The position numbers and the translations under genes were made by a program. Positions 15,016 through 27,220 of a stretch of 64,000 bases of DNA are shown piece by piece. Within the stretch, counting starts at the first letter, position 1, and each line of letters opens with the position of its first letter. The notes under the pieces are model-generated. The model was not told the origin of the DNA. It searched no databases and saw nothing but the letters and a program-made list of their open reading frames with translations. The stretch lies in assembly GCF_009914755.1 (NCBI RefSeq), contig NC_060931.1; one strand, written 5' to 3'. Source of the stretch: the human T2T-CHM13v2.0 reference genome, Homo sapiens.

Positions 15016-15353
15016 GCTGGATGCATTCAGGATACCCCATCATGTGCCACCTGGAGTCTGTGAAGGAGATCATCAATGAGATGGACATGAGGAGCAGGGG
15101 TGAGTGGGGCCCCATCCATGAGCTGGGCAACAACCAACAGTGGCATGGATGGGAGTTCCCCCCACACACTACTGAGGCCACCTGTAACCTTTGGTCAGTC
15201 TACGTGAATGAAACAGTCCTGGGGATCCCCAGGGCTCAGGCCCATGAGGCTCTGAGCCCTCCAGAGCGAGAGAGGAGAATCAAGGCCCACCTGGGAAAGG
15301 GAGCCCCCCTGTGTGACTGGAATGTATGGACAGCCCTGGAAACATATCTACAG
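15016..15353 (+). CDS. TCAF2: TCAF2 exon 7, 338 bp (peptidase M60-like core; motif reads HELGN)
   Basis: AG/GT boundaries; (G)WMHSGYPIM...[12 protein letters not shown]...[10 protein letters not shown]...ETYLQ. Confidence 0.93.
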
Positions 15354-17431
15354 GTACTGAGCAGAAATTCTGGGAGAAGGGGATGACCAGACCCCTCAGT
15401 CATGTAGCGACCTGGATCCCAGTAGCTCTCCACCTCCTTCGCCACTCCACCAGCCTGGACCTCCACCTCCCCTGGAAATGAGAGAGACTGGGCCGCAGGG
15501 TGGTGCTTCTTGGGTTATACCCCTCTAAGGCAGAGAGAATGGCACCTGTCTCACTCACCTTCTGATTTTGCAATGTAAGAGGAAATGAAAAATATTATGA
15601 AAAAAATAGAAATATAGCGTATTATTCAAGGGCAGAAACTCTGTTAGACATTCCTGCAGCTGAATCACAGCTCTTGCCCTCATTGGTTTTGTTCTTGGTC
15701 TCCTAATAAGTGTTCCATAAATGGTCATTGCTTTGTTTAGTTTTGTTTTATTTCACCTGAGTTTTATGAGTCAAATGAGTTATGCTTTTTTATAATAACG
15801 GAGGGTGTCTGCAATGCAGCTGCATTACAATAAGAAGGCATTGTTGGAGACAAATCTGCTAACAAGGGTCTCATCATCCATCACCCCACTTGAAGCCAAA
15901 ATGATTTAAAATGAAGAGCCAGTCAACCCAATAGTAGAACACTGAATTCATAAAGCAAGTCTACTTCCTGTGAAATAAACACAAATCCCTGCCCCCTCCC
16001 CTAGCCCTGCATTGAATGTCGATGTTTTCAAGTTGTCAATGTTGTTCCCCTTTCAGATCTCCTGCAATGTCTCCCACAGCTCTATGGATAGGAGCTGTCT
16101 GGCCCACTTTTCACAGAGGCACACACTATTTTAAAGAATTTAAGCAATCTTTCCAGTAGCCCCCATTTAAGTGAAGGACCTAGAACTTAAAATCAGGACG
16201 TAATGACAAGCCCCAGGCTTTCGCATTGCCATACCCTCTCTTAGTTTTTTGTGCCTTTCACTAATTTTCTGAAGAGTGAATGTGAGACAGTCCCAGTCAA
16301 TGAGGTAACTTTGTATTGCATTCATTTCCATATCCTTAGATAGCCAGTCTGGGGGTATACAGGACCACTGACCACAATGGTAGGTTGCCCCTAAACTGTA
16401 AGTTTAAGCCCTAATTCTGTCCTAGTCTGCTACCTACTCACTGTGGAGCCCCGAATATCAGTTCTCAATAGCTCTAGAGAGACCAAGTCTGAGACTTGGC
16501 CTCAGGATAAACAGGCACCTTCTGACTCCTCTTCCTGCTAGAGGGCTTCTCCCCAGCATCCGTGCCACTGCTGCCTTAGCTCAGGCCTCGTTAGTCTTCC
16601 CTCAGTGTATTCCAGTAGCCTTCTAAGTTGTCCCAGCATCTTGCCTCAATCCTCTATGATCCATCTTCCTTACACTCCTTCCAAAATAATGTTAATACTC
16701 TGTCTATCAAATGCTTACAGTGTTCTCTAGCACATATAGGGTAAAGTCAAAGCTCATTAGCAGGGCATAGGAGGCCCTTCATGACCAGCCTCACCAGCAC
16801 CTCTAGCTACATCTCCTACTGCTCTCACCTCCACATTTACCCTTCGGCATGCCAACCTGCTTATGGTTACGGACACAGCTTGCTGTTTTGGCTTCTGTGC
16901 CTCCCCTTGTTTGCTTCCTGCTGCTGAATCATGCTGGAACATCTTGTCCATTAGCTGTCAAGTCACCTGTCCAAATTCAGCTCTGTTGGCCCTTTCTCTC
17001 CTGGACATCGCCTCCTTGATAAACCAACAGTTTTACCAATGTGTTTATTTACGTGTGTTTCTCCCTTTGGCCAGTGTTCTCTAGAAGGACAAGAGCTCTT
17101 AATGATGTTTGCCTAGCACAGTAGCTGGCGGTGTGTGGGTGTCTAATACATGTTAAACGTTTAATAAATGCTTAATTTATTGATGTATTGATTAATAAGT
17201 GTCAAAGAGCAAGCCAGTGAGAACAGATGAGCAATAATAAGGATACAACAGTGAGACTCTGAGGTAGGCTTGGCTTCGGTGGTGTTATCTGTCCTTGGGC
17301 TTTTATGAGCTACAGTCAGAGAATGCTCATCTATTAAAGGGAGAGTGGGGATGTGAAACCCCAGATCCCCGCTAACTGGAAATTTGTATAATCTTAGTAA
17401 ACAAGGGCCTTCTGCCAAGGGCTTTCCGGAG

Positions 17432-17499
17432 AGCTGCCCCTTATGAAGTATGAGCCACTCTCATTAGCTGCCCCTTATGAAGTATGAGCCACTCTCATT
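17432..17499. repeat. Perfect 34-bp tandem duplication
   Basis: agctgccccttatgaagtatgagccactctcatt x2. Confidence 0.95.
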
Positions 17500-18068
17500 T
17501 TTAGCCCCTCGAGACAGGCTGGATTTTTTTCTTTTTCTGCCCTAAATGCAGTGTTCTACAGAGCAATTTTGTATCATTGCAGATAGCCACAGGTCCAAGA
17601 TGGCTATTAAAAAATAAGGATTATGATGATGTCTGGAAAGTATAGTATTGGAGGTTCGCAGCTTTTAGAATCTCAATAGGCCAGATATGTAGGAAGTGAG
17701 GGTTTCTCATCTCAGTCAGGCCCAAACCTGTCCTGATGCTGAGGAAAACACTTGAGATCTGGGAAGACAATTGTTTAAAGATACTAATAGTGGACATTTA
17801 TTGAGTATTTACCTCTATTCAGACATTAGGTTTCCCCTGAGCACCCCCACTAGATTCAGGGGGTGTTGTTTTGTGGCCAAGAGGAGGAATGAGCCAACAA
17901 GATTGCATTATTGTGCAGGGGCAGAGTGGGGAGATAGGGGCACATACCCAGGATGAAGGTAACGATTGAGGGGAGGTGATCATGTGAATGAAATATATTT
18001 AAGAACGCACATGTCACGTCACTTTTGCAAACTTGACACCTCATTCTGTTCCTTCTTTCCCTTTTCAG

Positions 18069-18323
18069 CTCCAACAGGCCTTCGGGTGGGAGCCATTCAC
18101 CCAGCTCTTTGCTGAGTACCAGACCCTCTCTCACCTCCCCAAAGACAACACTGGCAGGATGAATCTATGGGTGAAGAAGTTCTCTGAAAAAGTGAAGAAG
18201 AATCTGGTTCCCTTCTTTGAGGCCTGGGGCTGGCCTATCCAGAAGGAGGTGGCTGACAGCCTGGCCTCCCTACCAGAGTGGCAGGAAAACCCCATGCAAG
18301 TGTACCTCCGTGCCAGGAAGTAA
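18069..18323 (+). CDS. TCAF2: TCAF2 exon 8 coding part to stop codon
   Basis: AG at 18067-68; [10 protein letters not shown]...VYLRARK* (TAA 18321-23). The 3'UTR runs to the breakpoint at 18767. Confidence 0.93.
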   Translation, partial: LQQAFGWEPFTQLFAEYQTLSHLPKDNTGRMNLWVKKFSEKVKKNLVPFFEAWGWPIQKEVADSLASLPEWQENPMQVYLRARK

Positions 18324-18767
18324 AGGATGCCCCACAAGGCGGGAGAGAAAAGGCAGGGTCACGCCATCAACTCCACCATGGGGCTTTGGCCGTGTGCTCA
18401 GTATCTGGAGCCTGAATCCCGCTTCCAAGCCTGACCACTAGATGGTGGCCACGGTCATAAGAAAAAATGGAACCCCTTTCTGTAAAAGGTGCCTTGTGCT
18501 TCTTTTTATTGTTTTTCTGCCTACGCTATTGCTTTCCCCAAGAGACTCACTTCACCTCTTAGTCTTCCAGAGAGGATCTTTCATCCTGCCATCCTGAGGC
18601 TTCTATTTTTGACCAATAGCTCTAAAGACCACGGGTTCCCATAACAACCTGATATCCCTTTCTCATCCCTGCCATCCCTGAATAAGGCTTCTAATTTATT
18701 ATGCTTTAACAAGTTTTCAAATAGCAAGCGAGACACGCTGGAATAGTTGAGAGAGCCCCAAACACTA

Positions 18768-19694
18768 AATAAGCCAAATTTTGGGGTAAAAAAAATAAAA
18801 AACCAAGAAACCAGACATAGAAGCAGAACCTAAAGCATATTTATCAAAACATCTTTGTTTAAAAAAAATGTCTTCAGTGGTCGTCTTGGCTGGTGGGATT
18901 TTAGGTCATTTTAATTATCTTTATAAAACTTTATTCTCTCGAATTTTAAAATTAACATCTATTTCTCTTATAATTAAAAATTAAATGTTATATTTTTTAA
19001 AAAGTATAGTTTATTTATTCCAGTAGTAAAACATTGTTGAAAAATGTAACTCTTGTGCAGATTCTCTTTAATTTCTTTTCAGCATGAAAATGAGGAGATG
19101 GCATGTCTTAGTTTTGTCATCCCATTTTCAGACTCACATGGCAAATGTCATAGAGTTCAGGTATCAGTTCTGCCTGTGGCTTTTTGTTACCTGTTGGAAC
19201 TCAAGATATTTTGGGGAGTTAATGACATTGAGCTACAAGACTTAATAATGAAAAATTCCACTCGAAGTGTTCTTAGCATCTTCTCACAGGCACCTGGCAA
19301 AGCCTCAGCTAATGGTAGTAAAACTTCAATATGGAAAGCTGCAGTTACTTGCAGATATCCTCTCCACAGCTAATTAAAATGACTGCATATATTCATCCAC
19401 ATGCCCACACACACAAACTACAGTAGCATTGGGAATCTAGGAAGTGACTAGAATGGTTGACAAAAGCTGCAAGAACCACATAGAATTAAAGAAAAAAACC
19501 AACAACTTCTTAGCATAAAGGCAGCATAAATAAAGTTAAAGAAGGTGAGGTCACTGAGAGACAAATATTTGTAACAGACTGAACAGATACAAAATTAGAA
19601 TTCAGAATATATGAGTAATTTCTAAGGATAAACAGAAAAGCAAAAAACAGAAAATATTTTTAAAGTATATTCTCAAACAGTTCATGAAAGATGA
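18768..19694 (-). repeat. Inverted repeat, right arm (927 bp)
   Basis: Reverse complement of 8166-9092; contiguous with TCAF2 intron 2 read on the minus strand. Confidence 0.97.
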
Positions 19695-19699
19695 AATCC

Positions 19700-21330
19700 A
19701 AGTGAGATATTCAGCATTTGAAAAGATATAATCACACAAATGCAAATTATATATAATAACATATTTTACCCAGAAAATTAGTAAATGTTTCAAAAGCTGA
19801 CAATATTAAGTGTTGGCAAGAGTGTGGAGAAAACTAATCTTTCATAAAAACTGGAGATCATTTTGGCAGTATCCAATAACATTAAAAAGAGAAACAGCCT
19901 ATAGTAGTATAAATGGAGGCAGTACTAGGAAGTTCATTGCAAATTGTTGGTAATAGTGAAAAAATATGAAGAAGTTAAATGTTTACTAATATGAATGCAA
20001 ATAAAAATTGGCATTTAATCATATGATGGATTACTATTTATCAGTCAATAAGAATAGGTCCACCTATGTTAATTAACAAGGAAAGATGTTCAAAACATAT
20101 TTGTTGAGTAAAACAATTTCAAAAATAGCAGAACTTGGTGATGCAACTTATGGAAGACACAATATAAAGCAAAGTAAACATACGTCAATATATGTCCAAA
20201 ATGTCAGGGAACAACCACAATAAACTGATAAGAGTGTTTTCTTTTGGATTTTGAGATAGAGAGAAAGGACTGACATTGAAGGAGATGATGAAAAGGGCTT
20301 TTGCCTCAATAATTTGTTTCTTCAAATAAGGAGAATGTACAATTATATTTCTCAGGTAATCAAACATTAAATTTAAAATTTAAGATAACTGCTCCAAAAA
20401 TAGAAGTAAAATGTATAATCTACAAATGTGTTGAGGAAATTTAAGAAATGGATAAAGCTTAGTAGCAACCAAGGAAAAATGTAAAAAGAAATAAAGCATA
20501 AAAATAGAAAATAAAATTAAAAGGGGGTAAGAGCAAGAAATACATTTGAATCATCACAGTATATATGAATGCATTGAATTTCCATCTCACAGAAGCTGTC
20601 AGATTGGGTTAAAAACATCTGGATATAAGCTGCTTATAAAAGACACACCTGAAACTAAACATAAAAGCATTGAAAATGACAAAATCAACAAAGTTTTATT
20701 TTAAAAAATACAAAAACAAAAAAGCAGACATATCAGCATTAATAAGGGATGCAAGTGATTTCAAAGAGGAAAAATTAAAAATGAACATTTTCTATGGATT
20801 AAAGTTACACTCTAACAAAAATAAAATTTTTATTAATTTTTATGCCCTGCAAAAACACAATACTGAAAGCAAGAACTGCTACAAAGAAAATAAAAATATG
20901 AATTGACATTACATTTGGAGATGGTAATGTATTCACAGCATCCATTGGAAAAAAAAAAAGGATGGAGATGATTTGATCAGAATGACTTACAAGCTTACTT
21001 ACAGCCAGAAGACAATTGTCCTGCATCCTGAAGACAAGACATTGAGACCCTAGAAGGTTGTGTTCTGCTAACTTGTTGCAAAAATATGAAGTAAAAAGGC
21101 AGACATTCTCCAACATGATACATTAACTAAAAAATCAATGTGCAGAGCACACACACACACATAGATAAGCATCTGAGATGATCCATGTCAAACTTTTAGG
21201 ATTGGCTACCTTGGTCCAGAGGCATGAGACTGGAGCTGGTGGTGTGGTGAGGAGGATGAGTTGCCATTTTCCTCTCTATATTTCTGTATTGGTGTGCATT
21301 TTTTCAAAATAAACTTGAATTCCTTTTGAA
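19700..21330 (+). mobile_element. Decayed ancient L1 fragments
   Basis: A-rich L1-like motifs (gctgacaatattaagtgttggcaagagtgtggagaaa; gattgggttaaaaac...tgcttataaaagacacacct). Confidence 0.55.
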
Positions 21331-21359
21331 ATATTTTCATAAAAAGGCATTTCTTAAAA

Positions 21360-21460
21360 GAAAACTAAAGAAAGAAAGGAAAGGAGGAAAGAAGGAAGGA
21401 AGGGGATGACAGAGGGAGGGAGGGGGAAGGGAGGGGGAAGCAGGGAGGGAGGGAGGGAAA
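21360..21460 (+). repeat. Polypurine (GGAA/GGGA)n tract
   Basis: gaaagaaaggaaaggaggaaagaaggaagg...gggagggagggggaagggaggggg. Confidence 0.85.
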
Positions 21461-21794
21461 AGTGAGTAAGCATAGCAGTTAGTATATCAGGTAAATTTCA
21501 ACAGCTGATTTGACAATATCCTAAGGGCAATATTAATGATCTCAGACAGCTAGTTACCAATATTTAAATCTTGTATAATATCTGTTTACAATGTTTAAGT
21601 GTGGAAAACAATGAAAGTAGCTGCTATTTAATAAGGTTTAATATATGTTAGGTATTTAACATATGTATTATCTCTTTCAATCATTATAATAAACCTGAAA
21701 GTTACTATTCTCACTTTAAAGATGGAGTTTGGAAAAGCTAAGCAATTTTCCCCACGTTTCCTAGCTAATAACTGGCAGGGACAGGAAGCAAACC

Positions 21795-22368
21795 TGACAA
21801 AGCAGGAGCATCGTCATCTTGGATAAACACCGCTAATTTATGTTTCAGCTCCCTTTCTAGCCCCATGCATTTCCAGGAAATCACTTCTCTTCTAACTACA
21901 AGCAGCCGGAAAGAGCAGAACGGTAAAACACAGATGAGACAGCTCGGGCACAGAGGGAGGAGGGAGCAAAGTCTCTTGGGTAACTGCCAAACTTCATCCT
22001 CATACAATGGGCCCCAGTTAAACAGTGGGCCTTAATAAGAACATTCCTTTCCCTTTGGGTGCACTAAGTTAGGGAAGTTAAAAGATAGGAAGCTAAAAGT
22101 GGGGTATGCCTGCAGCTGCAGAAAGATATATGGGAACAGAGATACAACTCTCCCTCTCAGATAAGCACAACAAAGAGACACAGAAGCAGTCGAGGCCTCT
22201 GATAAACTCTCCCACCTTGAATCCTTAAAAACTCTTAGTCTGTAAGGGAGTATGCCTCTGACCTAACTCGGCCAGATGCCCCTCCCATGTTTATTTTCTC
22301 TAAATTAAACCTGTCTGTGACTGTCAAGCCACCTTTTGTATTTCTTTCCTATTTCTTTAATTTTTACT
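21795..22368 (+). mobile_element. Solo ERV1-type LTR (MER41-like) inserted in a MIR
   Basis: Starts TG (tgacaaagcagg), has a U5-like T-rich end and a 4-bp TSD AACC. The flanks rejoin as MIR-like sequence. Subfamily uncertain. Confidence 0.7.
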
Positions 22369-23572
22369 AAACCCAGGCTGGCTTGCTTCCAAAGCCACCG
22401 TTGTCTACACACCAGAACTCTCTCACTCAATTACTGAGTCTTTGACGGAACCTACATCTGGGTACATGGTTTTCGACAGGTATATCTTGTGCAAAGGAAG
22501 CTTTACAGGATGCAAAGGTGCGAACAATACTGTGTTTAAGAAAGGAAAAGCATGTGTTACTTCAGAGCTGGAAGTGCAGGGGAAGCCACTGAGGACTAAA
22601 GGAAAGGGATGGGATGGTATGGTTAGGAAATGTTCGCAAACCACATCTGAGCAGACAGGTAACATGGGCGATAGGTTTCTGAATGCCAATTAAAAAACTG
22701 CCAAATTAGGAAGGTACAGCACTAAATAAAAAGGTAAGTGTGAAGTGCGCTGCTGTCATTTTCACCATATTGAAGGTAAAACATCTAACAATTTATATAT
22801 TTTTTCTTGAAAATAAAAGTAATGAAGTCTACTGGTAGTAATCAAATACATCTTCACTTAGCTTGTTTTGTTTTTCTGTTGAGATTGTATAGAATGTAAA
22901 AATACTCTTCTGGATTTATTTCACTCTCTGATAAATATAAACAGGACAGAAATACTAGAATCTAGAAACGATGTTTTCTTAGGATCTATAACATCAAAAA
23001 AAGAACTAGAGAGAACTATGTTGATCAGATGCTGTAAAAAACATTTTGAAGACCTGCAGCCCCCAACACTTGAGTATCTTTTTTTTTTGTATTTTTAATT
23101 TCTTAAATACAGATAAATCATAGTAAATAAGAAAACTTTAAAAACTGTCTCCATCATCACTGAACAATATGGGCATTGATAATCAGAGAGGTGCCTTGAA
23201 ATTGTAAATGTATTTTTTTTCTTTTATTTTAAGCTGGTAAATACAGGGTAAAATCTCTTTAGATCTCAATCATGCCTATTAGACACACAATTTTATTTAA
23301 ACTATTTAACCTGTCAGATTTAAGAAAATAATTTGGAAAACTCACTTTTGTAACAAATTGCAGGTACAAAAATTACTCATTTGGAATAGTCAGAATACAG
23401 ATGCTACTCACCTGTGAGCACAGATATATTCATATTTCTATGTCAGACCAAAATCCTGCTTAAACACACAAACATTCCTAACAATGTCATAATGTTTACT
23501 CTTTCTCCTGGCTTAATAAACTATATTTCTGATATTATTGGAAGATTATTGTTAGAATTGAAGGAGATAATA

Positions 23573-23922
23573 CAGGTTGAGCAGCCCTTATGGAAAATGC
23601 TTGGGACCAACCAATAGTGTTTCAGATTTTGATTTTTTTCAGGTTATGGAATATTTGCATACACATAAGGAGATACCTTGGTGTTGGGACCCAACTCTAA
23701 ACACAAAATTCATTTATGTTTCCTATACACCTTTACACAGAGCCTAAAGGTAATTTATACAATATTTTAAATAAGTTTGTGCATGAAAAAAGTTTGTGTA
23801 CATTGAACCATCAGAAAGCAAAGGTGTCCCCAAAGTGGGATTTTCCACTTCTGGCATTATGTTGGTGGTGCTCAAAAAGTTTTGAATTTTGGAGAATTTC
23901 AGATTTTTGGTTTTTGATTAGG
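23573..23922. mobile_element. Tigger4/MER46-like DNA transposon remnant
   Basis: ta|caggttgagcagcccttatggaaaatgcttgggacc start and a characteristic ttcagatttttgg end. Confidence 0.75.
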
Positions 23923-24353
23923 CCTGGTTTCTCCGTCTTAGGGGACCTAATAAGCTAGGCCCACTTCCACCAAACCACAGATGGAACTCACATGGGGAGT
24001 TTACACTTGAAAGCTTTTTTTCTTGTCTATCCACCCAATTTGTTCACTTTTCTATGTATTAGAAAGCATTAATGATAACTATTGAATTTGTGATTTTGAA
24101 TATTTTCTTTCCATTGTACATGGAAGGTTGACTGGTGTTAGGAGATACTCCATCCTGGGCCACCCATCAATCACCTGTTCTCCTTGGCCAGTGCATAGCA
24201 ATGTATGTCATCATCATAAAAACCTTCCACATCCAGCCATTTATTAATTATTTTTCATTCATTTTGTCAGATTTGGTGGAGAGAGCAATTCTGGGATCTA
24301 GTCTCATTTCAGCTTTTACCTGGAAACTACATTCATGGATCTTGAATATAAAC

Positions 24354-24526
24354 CTCATAAACCTTCCACACAATTATCTCTGTCTCTGAGTCAGATTCCC
24401 AGGAACCCAAGCTGAAACAAGTGGAATTTAGCAGCGCCTAGCAAAATTACGTATGAATTTCCTCCGTGACTCAGAAATCCCATTTCCAGTGATATGGCAA
24501 AATATAATGATACATACACAAAGGTA
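24354..24526 (+). repeat. Old direct repeat, copy 1 (partner 27047-27220)
   Basis: Shared tctctgagtcagattccca...tgactcagaaatcccatttccagtgata...cacaaaggtat; roughly 85% identity by eye. Confidence 0.85.
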
Positions 24527-24669
24527 TGTGGTGCTTGTAACTTGGAACTCCTTGGACAAAGACTTTCCTACTCTACAGGACTGTGTTGAGGACAGAGAAA
24601 ATAAATAATTCTCAAGACAGTCATAAACCTAAGCCACTAGTACATATTTACAATTTTTACTTACCAAAT

Positions 24670-24822
24670 AGTGACAGGTTCTCACTATGTTGCTCAGGCT
24701 GGAGTGCAATGCGTATTTGCAGGTGCAATTACAGAACACTGCAGCCTTGGATTCCCAGCCTCAAGAGAGCCTCCTACCTCAGCCTCTCGAGTATGTGAGT
24801 ACCTGTGCATCAGCATGCCCAG
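24670..24822 (-). mobile_element. Alu monomer/AluJ fragment
   Basis: gacaggttctcactatgttgctcaggctggagtgcaatg...cctcctacctcagcctc. Confidence 0.75.
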
Positions 24823-27046
24823 TTACATATTTACTTTTATATGGGCAGCTGCTAACATATTTTAGAGCTTGTAGATTATACCGTGTGTAAGTGTAATGGG
24901 TGGCTGCTTAGTATCTGAGGTTAACTTTTCTTCCAGACTCTTCTGTCATGGTATAAAGGTAGCAAGTGCCTTTGGATTTGCTTTTAAATATTAAAGCAAC
25001 TGCAGTATACTCCTGTTATATAAACATAGGTGTGCCCTTGGGGATAGGATGTGAGAGGAGCTTTTGTTGGTGTTTAGAGACTGCCCCACTCCTTGGCAGG
25101 CAGAGTTGGGGCAGGCCAGCAATCAATTCTCTTAAGAAGCTCCAGGGCCTTCCAGCCGAGATTTAAAGTTAAGGAACCTGCTGGGTCAGTCCAAGCGCCT
25201 TTGACCAATATTTGTGGCAGGAATGTTCACTGAAAACCTCTAATGGGACTTGCTCTGAAGGCGGGAGGAATCTGAGCCAGAGACTCAGACTCTGACCTTC
25301 TGAGACTCTCAAGGAGTTGGTTCCCTCTGGCTCTATTGTTGGCTGAGGCTGGAAGGCTCTGGCGCAACCCCCAGCCCTATATTCCATAGTAGGAAGTTGT
25401 CTGCAGGATTAACAGTAGTATATGAGGCTGTCTTTTCTCTTGTTATGGTTTTGGATGTGTATTCATTCATATTTTTTCATTAATTTATATAGTTTACAAA
25501 TATTTGTTGATCTCTAATGTTAAGTACTCCAGGCACTGAGAATAAAGCAGTAAACGCAACAGGCAAGATCATGGAGCTCTATATTCTGGTTGGTTAGACA
25601 GGCCCTAGCAAGAAACAGCGGAGATAGTTATAGAGAGTGATAATGTTTAAGGAATAAATGGAGAAATGTGATGAAGTGAAACTGGATGGACAGTCCAAAT
25701 TTCAGTATGGCCACTGGGGAAGACTGCTCTGAGGAGGGTGTTTGAGTTGAAACTAATTAAGAAGAATAAATTGGATTTTCAAGAGCTGAAAGAAAGTCCA
25801 GAATAGGAACAAATATCTTGATATTTTATAAAACAAGAAATCTAATGTTACATGTTGTGGTCTTTACATTGAGGGACAGTTCTAAAATACTTTAAAGATG
25901 TGTATGGATAATATATGTTATCGCCAACCCCCCGATACTCAACTAGAAAATATCTGAGTATGCAACAAAGAGGAAATAGTTAAAACAAATTACAGAACTT
26001 ATGATTAAAAATTATCATTAAAAATATCATATATAAAAATGGGAAAATATTTTTAAGGAGAATACAAAATAGCAGCATGTAATCATAGCTAGCAAAAATG
26101 ATGTATTGATTTGTAAAGATATGCAAAGATAGAAGATATGTAAGCATAAACATTTTGGTTGAGGACATTACAGAAATTACAAATATTCAAATGCTTTAGT
26201 GTCATTGTTTTTTCAATAAATGTTTTAATTAATCAAAACTAACAATGTGGGAATTTATTTTTATACAGTATTAGCTGAACTTTCACTACGCTTCTCTTAG
26301 TCCTAAAATATGGACTTAAACGCTGTGGGAATTCCAGTGCCTAGAATAGTGTCTAGAACAGGCACTCACATATTTTAGATAAATTAAAACATGGATACAA
26401 GATACTAGAAAGAGGGAAAAAAACTGATATGTTAAGAAAATTTGTTCCTTTCTCCTTTTTGTTGGTGAATCAATGAAAACTATAAATGATATCAGGTCAA
26501 AGAAAGATATCTTAATGTGATCTGGGGAGAGGTTTTTTATTTTTTAAGGGTTCTGAAAAGGCAAAGAGGTAATATTAAAAATGTCTTTTTTGTCAATTTA
26601 TAATTATAGAGTATTCGGAAAGGACAAAAATATTTGAAGATGAAACCAATTACCAACTTAGCCCCAGAGACACATTACTAATATTTTATTATATTTTCTT
26701 CTAATGTTTTATTTTCCTGGCTATACATATATTGTTTTAATGAATTTAGCATCATTTTAATGCAGAGCTTTATATCTTAATTTTGTCTATTTTATCATGA
26801 ATATTTTTCATTTCCTTTAAGAAGTCTTTGAACATAGAATTTTTAATGATTGCAAAATTACTCACTCAATCACTCTAGGATATGCTATACCTTATTTAAG
26901 CAATCTTCTATTACAGACACGTTTCTTCCAGTGTTCCACTTAACAGTGAAAATATTGCTAAAAAATATTTGCCTCATAGCCCGGCTTCTCCCTGTCTCCA
27001 GTGCTTCTTCCTTCACCTTTCCACAGATGCTGATCCTGGGAGCATG

Positions 27047-27220
27047 CCCTCACAAACCTCCCACACATGTATCTCTATCTCTGAGTCAGATTCCCAGTAA
27101 CCCAAGCTGCAACAAGGGGGACTTAGCAGTGCCTAGCGAAATTACATATGAATTTCCCCCATGACTCAGAAATCCCATTTCCAGTGATAGCGCGAAATAT
27201 AAGGATACGTGCACAAAGGT
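27047..27220 (+). repeat. Old direct repeat, copy 2 (partner 24354-24526)
   Basis: Matches copy 1; spans an LTR-end/L1-like junction. Confidence 0.85.
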
